A model generated the notes under the pieces. It was not told the DNA's origin. It did not search any database and saw nothing but the letters and a program-made list of their open reading frames with translations. Made by a program: the position numbers and the translations under genes. 64,000 nt of DNA from assembly GCF_006345805.1 (NCBI RefSeq), contig NC_042999.1, positions 111,786,001 through 111,850,000 on the forward strand, written 5' to 3'. The stretch comes from Octopus sinensis. Lineage: Eukaryota. Positions 54,890 to 64,000 of the stretch are shown here, piece after piece (the stretch's first letter is position 1; each line of letters begins with the position of its first letter).

Positions 54890-56280
54890 CCACATGAAGT
54901 CGTATTTTGCGAGGTTTGAATGAAGATTGTTCCGTTCCAGATTATTTTACAAGAGAAACCAGTAGAAGTAACCGAAATTCGTTCTTTTTCCAAATGAGCC
55001 AAATCAGACGAAACCTGTATCTAGTGGCAGTAGCCACCATCCCTTATGAACTTACCGTTCCAGATGCCAAGTTTTATGGCCAGTGAGCTGTGCTGGATAT
55101 GATCCTCCTTGAGTATGATGCAGACCCCTTTCACTTTTTATCAGCTTATGTCTATCAATATCCCCGACCCTCTCTGCAGTGACTCGAACACAAAAATATA
55201 AATAATTAGATCATCCCCGACAAATAAGTCATGCGACTCCAAATGCTTCCAGTCGGCAGACGATTTGCCGGCCTGAGCACTAAACAGATAGTGCAGTACA
55301 TAGTATCGATCCAGAACCAAGCCTTTGGACAATACCGATGGTCGAAACAGTCGAAAACTTTAGTCTGATCTAAATTGAAGTTAAATTTATTGCTGACCCG
55401 TTTTATGCTGTATCACATGAGTTGGAAGTTGTTCAGGATTAATCTGCCTAAAAGCTCGCAGGTTTGTGAGTCAAATGCCAACTTATTAGCATGCACCTTT
55501 GCCAAAACGCTTTCTTAGCAAAGTCACTACTCTCGTGCTTACAAAACTAAGAATATTTCTAATTACAGTAAACAACTACCAATAGAGCAATGAACATGTC
55601 CGATATGTAGCAATAAAGCTCGGAGGGTAACCCTACCTGTTCCGACGTTCAAAAGGTCTAGGTTTATATGCTGAAATCGGCTTTTAACGGATTTTTGAGA
55701 TTGACCGTCGAGGCAGTCATCGAAGACACTCGTCTGCAGTTTGTCGATCTTTGGAGACATTTTGTTTAAGTTCTACCAAAATGTCGCACACATCCGCTTG
55801 GGATTGGATAGTACACTCTCACTGCGTGCAGTCGAATATCGAAATGTTTGTTGCCACGCTGCGCCTTCGCCGTCGGAATAACCATTGAATAGCTATCTTC
55901 CCTCCACCTTATCCGAATTTGCACGTCTTAATTCAGACAATGAAACCGTCATGTTTCGAAAGAAAATCTATAATGACAGGAACACATTCTTACTGCTTCT
56001 AATTCGTACTTCTTGTATTATGCTGTTTCGAATAGAATCTAACTTTGAATCTAACTACCAGTTTGCTTCACCAGTCCGTTATGTTTGGTATTAGTCACTT
56101 ACTATAACTAATTGATTCCATACCCCTTTACCAAATGCTAGCGTGAGTTTCAACTTACAACCTCACTAATCCATTCACTGAAGGCTTTCTGGACCTGGAA
56201 TGATGTATTTGTTTTCTAGAAACTAGGGTGCTGGCCAGATCACCTATCTAAACTAACTATGCACATCATGAACCTGTTAT
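54890..56280 (-). mobile_element. Highly degenerate L1/Tx1-like LINE ORF2 fragment
   Basis: Broken frames give LAKVHANKL, LDQTKVFD..DHRY and KLGIWNGK, plus an endonuclease-distal SLDR..GQHPSF segment. Confidence 0.6.
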
Positions 56281-57101
56281 CTGTGTAGCTAACCATCTTC
56301 AATTGAAAACATCCTATATTGTCCTGCGCCTTTCACGGGATCATAATGTTAGCAAAGCTCTAGTTGCTTTTATTTACTAAAAGCTCTAGTTGCTTTTATT
56401 ACTAAAAGCTATTGGGAAGCGAGTGATTGACAAAGAGCGTCAGAAAATATTCCTTGTAGTATTTTGATACAGCCTTTTGCATTTCAAAGTTCTAATCCCG
56501 TTGAGGCCAAAACTGCATTTTAATCCATCCAGGTTTGGTAAGATGAAGTACCAGTTAAATACTGGTATCGATGGTATCGACTACAATTCTCCTCAAAATT
56601 ACAGGCCTTGTACCTAATAAGGAAGCAATTGTTAAATTTATTAAAGCTCACGCCATTTTTTCTACTTGTAATTGTAAAAGAGTAAACATCTTTGCTCACA
56701 ACTGTGTCTGCTTATTCAATTGTCATCATTATGCTTTTGCTAGTCTTTTTTTTTTTCTTTTCAATGTATGTTTTTATTAACAGAATATTCAAAATTCTTT
56801 GGCGTTGCTTCCACATTTACAGCTAACACCACCTTCTGCTCCTCCGGTGGAAGCCATATTATATTACGAGTAAACAATATTTGCAAAATATATTAAATGT
56901 TTAAAACGAACCCTGTTTTTCTACCCCGGGGTATTGGGGTGGGCGATCAAATGTCTTTGCTGATAAAATAGACCATAAAACAAGCAAATAGAAAAAGAAA
57001 AATGAAAAGAATAATAATGTTTTTCATCAAATGAACGAAAAAAATTCAGTTCTTCTCCGGAGCTGTGTTACAGTAAGTAGTCCGCTCATCGCAAACAACG
57101 T

Positions 57102-57137
<36 letters not shown>

Positions 57138-57544
57138 CGACGACGACGAAGATGATTATGATGATGTCTTTGTTTTTCTTTTAATTTGCCAGCGTTAATA
57201 GAAACATGAAAATTATGTAATAAAAGGCATAATTTTAAGGATGAAGTATACACATTTGAAGATTAACAAAAACCTAAATTATAAAAAAAAAGCTGTGTGA
57301 TATCAGAAACGCACACATTCACATACATGTACCCATCTATATCTTTATACGTAGTTATGCGTACGCATACATACGCCCACGCACATACATATATGTACAC
57401 AATTGTGTAGGGGGTCGCACTCCCGCTCACGCACTCTCATAAACACAAATAACAAAAGCTTTGATTTAGTAAACGTACATATTAATATGTATGTATGTGT
57501 GTGTGTCTGTATATGTATGTGTGTGTATGTGTGTGTATTCTTTT

Positions 57545-57790
57545 TTCTTTTATTCTTTTACTTGTTTCAGTCATTTGCCTACGGCTATGCTGGAGCACCG
57601 TATTTAAGTGTCTTTTAGCCTAAGAAATCCACCCCAGGGTTCGTTTTAAACATTTAATATATTTTGCAAATATTGTTTACTTCTTTGTAAGCCTAGCACT
57701 TATCTTATTGGTCTCTTTCTATTGCCGAGCCGCTAAGTTACGTGGACGTTAACACACCAACATCGGTTGTCAAGTGATGCTGGCGGAACA
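57545..57790 (-). mobile_element. SINE family A, 3' half
   Basis: Tail motif cttgtttcagtcatttg...gctggagcaccg. Confidence 0.75.
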
Positions 57791-57833
57791 AATACAAACA
57801 AAAAGACACACAAACACACACACACACACACAT

Positions 57834-57892
<59 letters not shown>

Positions 57893-57970
57893 TAAACATA
57901 CACACACACACATATATATAAATTAGTATATATATATATAAATACAATATAATATATATATATATATACA

Positions 57971-58253
57971 TACATTATTTACATTATTTACAATATTTAC
58001 ATTCGACGGATATTTATCTGCATCTTGTTTTTTGTTAACAACATTTCGGCTGATATACCCGCCAGACTTCATCAGGTGTCTTGAGAAAATTTCGATCCTG
58101 GGTTCTCATTCATAAGGTATTTTTCGATGTTGTTGTTGTTATTATTATTATATTATTATTATTATTATTATTATTATTAAGGTCACTGCCTGGAATCGAA
58201 CTCGGAATCTTGGGGTTTGTAGCCCGCGCTCTTAACCACTACGCCATATGCCC
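57971..58253 (-). mobile_element. Composite SINE: tRNA-like head, (TAA)n, degenerate HHR, AATGTAAAT-repeat tail
   Basis: Head 58181-58253 has A box TGGCGTAGTGG and B box GAGTTCGATTCC. The HHR at ~58036-58080 has a damaged stem III. Confidence 0.8.
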
Positions 58254-58294
58254 GTGGTTAAAGTAGTGGTGACAGTGATGATGGCATTGTTGGT

Positions 58295-58385
58295 GTAGTG
58301 CTTAAGAGCGCGGGCTACAAACCCTAAGATTCCGAGTTCGATTTCAGGCATAATAATAATGATAATAATAATAATAATAATAATA

Positions 58386-58431
<46 letters not shown>

Positions 58432-58588
58432 TAACAACAACAACAACATCGAAAAATATCTTAGGAATGAGAACCCATTCGCAATTTCCCCATGACACCT
58501 GATGAAGGCTGGAGGGTATATCAGCCGAAACGTTGTGTTAACAACAAACAAGATGAGGACAAATATCCATCAAATGTAAATAATGTAC
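58295..58588 (+). mobile_element. Second copy of the tRNA-(TAA)n-HHR SINE, inverted relative to the first
   Basis: Same modules in the same order; the head is truncated within the A box. Confidence 0.8.
58494..58539 (+). ncRNA. Minimal type I hammerhead ribozyme motif
   Basis: GACAC-CTGATGA-A-GGCTG gagggtatat CAGCC-GAAA-CG-TT-GTGTT: palindromic stem III ACGT and a GUU triplet. Confidence 0.75.
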
Positions 58589-58633
58589 ATAATTCCTCAT
58601 CTTTCAAATATAGAACTGTTTTATATATATATA

Positions 58634-58674
<41 letters not shown>

Positions 58675-58825
58675 CCGACAACTGATGAAGAGTCGTCCTT
58701 TGTGTTACATATCCTGTTTTCTATTTATCTCTCGTTGTTTGTGTATTTAACCTCGTTTGTTTTCGTACTTCATGTTGCTTAACAGCTTCCATTTCCAAGT
58801 GAGATCGTATATATATATATATATA

Positions 58826-59317
58826 ATATACAAAGAAGTAAATATATGGCACAACGAAGTACCGATATTTACTGGAAATAGCGAACGTAATAATACGACG
58901 CTAATGTATAGCTTCACCGCGTATGTACTAGCAAAACTGCGTGTGTGCAACAAACTAGAAAAATTGTCTTACCTCCAGGGAGAACATCTGAAAGATGTAA
59001 TACCTGGAAAAGGATAATGTGGGACCTGCGCAGGTTTCAGATTTATCAAGATACGTCTGCACCCATAAACTTGATCTATCTTCATCAGCCAAACATATAC
59101 CACGACAACATTTCAGATGTTACCACATTAATGCCATTACACTCGACTGAAACGCCGAAACGCTAACAGCACGAGAACGGTGAAGAAGTTTCAATAAATT
59201 AGTAATGCAATAATAGTACATACGCGGTGAAGCTATACATTAGCGTCGTATTATTACGTTCGCTATTTCCAGTAAATATCGGTACTTCGTTGTGCCATAT
59301 TTTATTTCTTTGTATAT
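58826..59317. mobile_element. ~490-bp element with ~104-bp terminal inverted repeats and an internal HHR
   Basis: Arms 58826-58930 and 59214-59317; an inner 11-bp inverted repeat at 58983-58993 and 59111-59121. Confidence 0.8.
59018..59093 (-). ncRNA. Complete type I hammerhead ribozyme motif
   Basis: TTTGG-CTGATGA-AGAT ag ATCAAG loop CTTGAT aa ATCT-GAAA-CCTGCGCAGG-TC-CCACA; predicted cleavage between 59023 and 59022. Confidence 0.8.
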
Positions 59318-59374
59318 TTTCCCTCACGGGCTATTCTCTACTAGAAAACAATACTCTAGTATTGCATTACTAAT

Positions 59375-59414
<40 letters not shown>

Positions 59415-59560
59415 TGGTGTGGTGTGTGTGTGTGTGTGTGTTTGGTGTGTGTGTGTGTGTATATTATATATATATATATATGTATAATATATATGTATTA
59501 TATATATATCTATATATATATATTATATTTATATATATTGTATGAATGTAATTATGTATG

Positions 59561-59591
<31 letters not shown>

Positions 59592-59599
59592 TGCATGTA

Positions 59600-59750
59600 T
59601 ATACGACGGGCTTTTTTTCCGTTTCCGTCTACCAAGTCCGCTCACAACGCTTTGGTTGGTCTAAGGTTATAGTGGGATGCACTTGCCCGTGATGTTGCAC
59701 AAAGGGACTGAACCCGGAACCATATGCTTGAGGAAAGAGGTTCTTACATA
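59600..59750 (-). mobile_element. SINE family A head, diverged
   Basis: cgacgggctttttt...gggactgaacccggaacc. Confidence 0.7.
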
Positions 59751-59824
59751 TGTACTGGCAATTTTTAGCGACTGAGTGTAGAAGTATTTAATACAAAATG
59801 TTATACTCTTTTACTCTTTTTCAC

Positions 59825-60215
59825 TTCTACTTGTTTCAGTTATTTGACTGACGTCATGCTGAAGAACCGCCTTTAGTCAAGCAAATCGATGCCAGGACTT
59901 ATTATTTGTAAGCCTAGTACTTATTCTATCGGTCTCTTTTGCCGATCTGCTAAGTTACAGGGACGTAAACACACCAGCATCGGTTGTCAAGCGATGTGGG
60001 GGGGGGGACAACGCTGACACACATACTTATACATACTCATACATCTACATATATACGACGGGCTTCTTTCAGTTTCCGTCTACCAAATCCACTCACAAGG
60101 CTTTGGTGGGCCCGAGGCTATAGTAGAGGACACTTGCCCAAGGTGCCACGCAGTGGGACTGAACCCGGAAGCATATGGTTCGTAAGCAAGCTCCTTACCA
60201 CACAGCTACTCCTAC
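59825..60215 (-). mobile_element. SINE family A, full length
   Basis: Tail to head, collinear with the consensus. Confidence 0.85.
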
Positions 60216-60399
60216 GCCTTTTATATGCTTATATGTACAAACTCCACAACTTGTAAATAATGATAAATAAAACAAGATGCATGAAAGAACAATTGCTAAT
60301 GGGGACTGTGGAAGACGTGCTTTCTGACATCATTTCTTTCTTCATAAAGAATTATGATGTCCATGATATTGGACATTGCGTTGTTAATATTGCTGCACC

Positions 60400-61062
60400 T
60401 ACTGATTTTAGTGATGGCGGTGGTAGTGGTGGTGACGGCAGTGGTTATGATGCTAATGATGAATGACGCTGCTAACGAGGATGATGGTGATGATGATGAT
60501 GACGGTGGTGGTGTAGGTGGCAGCGGTGGTGGTGGTGGCTTTGGTGGCGGCAGTGGTGTTGGTGCTGGTATTGGTGTTAATGATGATGGTGATGGTGGTG
60601 GTGGCAGTGATGATGGTATTGTTGACGTTGCTCTTGTTCTTGTGGCTGGTGATGTGATATTGTGGTAGTGGTGGTGGTGGTGGTGAAAGTGGTGTTGGCG
60701 CTGGTGATAATGATGATGGTGATGGTGACAGTGATGATGGTATTGTTGTCGTTGTTCTTGTTGCTGGTGATGTGATATCGTGGTGGTAGTGGTGGTGGTT
60801 GTGGTTCTGGTGGTGGTGGTGGTGGTGGTGGTAACAGTGGTTTTGGTGCTGGTGCTGGTGTTAGTGCAGGTGATAATGTTGATGATGGTGATGGTGATGG
60901 TGACAGTGATGATGGTATTGTTGTCGATGTTCTTGTTCTTGTTGCTGGTGATGTGATATTTTGATGGTGGTGGTGGTGGTAGAGATAACAGTGTTGGTGG
61001 TGATGTTAATGACAATAAGGATGGTGGTGACGGTGGTAGTGGACGTGATGGTGGTGATGATA

Positions 61063-61102
<40 letters not shown>

Positions 61103-61110
61103 CTACGACG
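60400..61110. repeat. (GGT/GAT)-rich low-complexity array with a higher-order repeat
   Basis: The block cagtgatgatggtattgttg...gctggtgatgtgatat recurs at ~60605, ~60728 and ~60903. Confidence 0.85.
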
Positions 61111-61373
61111 ACGAAACAACGACGGCTACGACAGCGTCTCTCAGTGCAGTAGAGTAAGAGCGAAAAAAAAAGAGATGATAATGACGATAAAATAGTAAGA
61201 GGAATTTCTCAGCTATGCAGACTTAAAGATCCTAACAAATACACAGAATATTTTTAAATGAATGTTTTGTTTTTTGGGGTACTTTTTCTTTTTTTTTTTC
61301 ACAAATTTTTTTCTGTGTGGGTTTAGGGAGGAGTGCTGCAGAAGGCAGGGTTTGTGGTATTAGAAATGAATTA

Positions 61374-61435
61374 TCAATATGTTGTCGATGAGTTTCCTTT
61401 GAATTCAGTGGTAGGGTAACGACGGAAACGAAAAT
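61374..61435 (-). CDS. Candidate short terminal exon
   Basis: Acceptor ctagattctctttttcag, then (D)FRFRRYPTTEFKGNSSTTY*. No homology recognised. Confidence 0.2.
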
Positions 61436-61522
61436 CTGAAAAAGAGAATCTAGAAAAATATTGAAAACTGATAGTAATAATAATAATAGTAATGATAATG
61501 ATAATAATAATAATAATAATAA

Positions 61523-61553
<31 letters not shown>

Positions 61554-62700
61554 AAGAAGAAGAAGAAGAAGAAGAAGAAGAAAGAAGATGATGAAGAAGA
61601 AGTTGAAGAAAAATAAGAAGATGATGATGATGAAGATGAAGAAGAAGAAGAAGAAGAAGAAGAAGAAGAAAGGGGTTGGAGGAGGGGGAGGAGGGATGAC
61701 GATAATGATGATGATGATGATTATCACATTCATCATCATCATCATGAAGTTGATCATGATGAGGAAGATGATAAATAAATAGAACTACATGTAGGAGCAA
61801 AAATGTGTGTATGCCTATACATGCATATATGACATTATATCAGTCTGTGAATGCTTATATGTGTAATAAACACACACACATATACATATATAGTACACAT
61901 GTATATATATGCATACATATACCATGTATGTATATATATATATATATATAAATATACATATATATATATATATATATATACATATGGTAGATTACATGTG
62001 TGTGTGTGAGTGTGTGTGGGTGCGTGTGGGTGTGTGTGTGTGTGTGTTGTCTGAGCCAGGCAACATAGTGAAATTCTTTGCTATGCTATTTTATGGTGTA
62101 CATTTAACACAATATAAGTGATACGTAAAGATTTTAATGAATTTTTTCTCAGATTCATTTCTCATATTTATTGAAGTAAAAATAAACTATATAGGAGTGA
62201 GCAAGCGTATGTATATATGTAAATATATATGCATAGACATATATATATATATATATATACAAAACCACACACATAGATACATAAATATGTGTATGAGTTT
62301 TTTCATCATTAAAAAATATATATCATCGATGATGGGGAAAAATGACTGTCCATAGAATGAAAATATAGATGTGTAAATTTTATATAGAAACAAGGGTTTT
62401 ATATAAAAACAAATTGTATTCGTCAAGATAGACAATATTTCAGGAAACAAAAAAAATGTAGCTAATATAACTTCTGAACACAAACACATTTGCACACAAA
62501 AACACACACACACAATCGTACAGAAGCTACTTACATTTATGTGTGTAGACAGATTAAAAGATATTACATTCATTTATAAGCTGTATCACATAGTGTAAGC
62601 ATTTACACAATCCCAAATAAGCATCTTATATACACAACTCTACGCAATCCTCTTTATCAGCAGATATAAGAGGTCTATATATATATATAAAACTTGATTT

Positions 62701-62905
62701 CGAAACGTACGTCCGTAGATAACTTAAAATTGTATGATAGATTGCCGTCAATTCATTCTCTCTTACCTGTTTGTGTCTGCCTTCCAATTGCTGTTTTTAC
62801 TGAGATCTCCCTTTTTAGTAGAAGAAATAGCTATAACTCTTTGACTGCTATTTCTAAATTCGGTATGTGGTAAGGCAATTCGTTGCTAAACCCTTTATTG
62901 CTTAG
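62701..62905 (+). repeat. Repeat family E preceded by an HHR 3' half
   Basis: GAAAC-GTAC-GTC at 62702-62713; 62765-62905 is the reverse complement of 1747-1888. Confidence 0.7.
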
Positions 62906-62965
<60 letters not shown>

Positions 62966-63089
62966 GTGTGTATGCATTTATGCATGATATACATATATAT
63001 ACGTTATATACATATACATACACTTTATAATATATGCTGATTCATAGAAAAAATGACATTTATATGCTGAGTGTCGATATCTGGGAATA

Positions 63090-63146
<57 letters not shown>

Positions 63147-63179
63147 ATCCAGTCGCCATGATTGATCGCTAAATTCACA

Positions 63180-63657
63180 TGTTTGTTTTTTTATTCTCTG
63201 TCTGTTTATTTCCTCGTATTCCTTTCTGTTGACGAGCGTAGGCTCGAAACGCAAAAGACTTTCTCACTCTTTCGAGCGTCAAAATAATACACCTCATTCC
63301 TGTTTATACACCTGCCTTCGTATTTTGTTTTTCTGTAAATTTCAACTACGTACACACACACATACACACACTCACATATATGTATGTATGTATGTATATA
63401 TACACATGTATATATATATATATATGTATATACAGTTAATATGTGTGAGTATGTGTGTATGTATATAGTTGAAATGATTGACGGCTAGCCACTAAAGCTT
63501 TTTTTATTCTTTGTTTATTTTCTCGTGTTCCTTTGGGTTGAAGAGCGTAGCCTCGAAACGTAAAAGACTTTCCCACCTTCCCGAACGTTAAACTAATACA
63601 CCTGTTTGTTGTTTACACATATGTCTTCATTTTTTTTCTTTTTGTAAATTCCAACTG

Positions 63658-63660
<3 letters not shown>
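63180..63660 (+). repeat. Two diverged ~170-bp direct repeats, each carrying an HHR-like motif
   Basis: Copies at ~63180-63350 and ~63500-63660; the motifs are 309 bp apart. Confidence 0.8.
63222..63257 (+). ncRNA. Degenerate minimal HHR, A6U core variant (second copy at 63531-63566)
   Basis: CTTT-CTGTTGA-C-GAGC gtag GCTC-GAAA-CG-CA-AAAG. The second copy keeps the GUA triplet but has a damaged core. Confidence 0.55.
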
Positions 63661-63688
<28 letters not shown>

Positions 63689-63789
63689 ATATATTATATA
63701 TACATATATATATATATAATATATTATATATATATATATATATACACATATATATATATATATATACATACATACCATACATACATACA

Positions 63790-63825
<36 letters not shown>

Positions 63826-63856
63826 TATATGCGTGTGTGTGTGTGTATATATGTGC

Positions 63857-64000
63857 GGAGGTGCAATGGCCCAGTGGTTAGGGCAGCGAACACGCGGTCG
63901 GAGGATCGCGGTTTCGATTCCCAGACCGGGCGTTGTGTGTGTTTATGGAGCGAAAACACCTAAAGCTCCACAAGGCTCCGGCAGGGGGTGGCGGCGATCC
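63857..64000 (+). mobile_element. SINE family C head, running off the window edge
   Basis: A box TGGCCCAGTGG and B-box-like GGTTTCGATTCCC; matches 37291-37449. Confidence 0.85.

Noticed and set aside
58181-58253. tRNA gene
   Set aside because: The acceptor, D and T stems are imperfect and the sequence is fused to a repeat body, so it is a SINE head. The same applies to the heads at 31157 and 63857.
58682-58720. CTGATGAAG core in a TA-flanked fragment
   Set aside because: No GAAA or stem III follows.
60296-61015. 239-aa Pro/Thr/His-rich ORF
   Set aside because: It is the reverse translation of the (GGT/GAT) low-complexity array, with no splice or domain support.

Overview
AT-rich, microsatellite-dense eukaryotic DNA with a 100-N assembly gap at 26336-26435. 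The SINE families and repeat style point to an octopod cephalopod (inference, not verified). I recognised no complete host gene, functional tRNA, rRNA or CRISPR array; most listed ORFs are translations of simple repeats. The window is a transposon graveyard: about 20 copies of a tRNA-derived SINE (family A), mono- and multimeric copies of a second SINE (family B), minor SINEs, at least seven Tc1/mariner remnants, a non-autonomous Helitron, RTE, CR1-like and L1/Tx1 LINE pieces, Penelope-like (PLE) remnants, and five R4/Dong-like elements sitting in (TAA)n arrays. The most notable signal is several unrelated type I hammerhead ribozyme (HHR) motifs, mostly inside inverted or tandem repeats. They include a composite of tRNA head + (TAA)n + HHR (57971-58588), an inverted-repeat element with a centrally placed complete HHR (58826-59317), a U3-A8 compensatory core variant (27697-27907) and an A6U variant pair (63222-63566). 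Family labels A-E are mine, repeat boundaries are approximate, and all structures were folded by eye.
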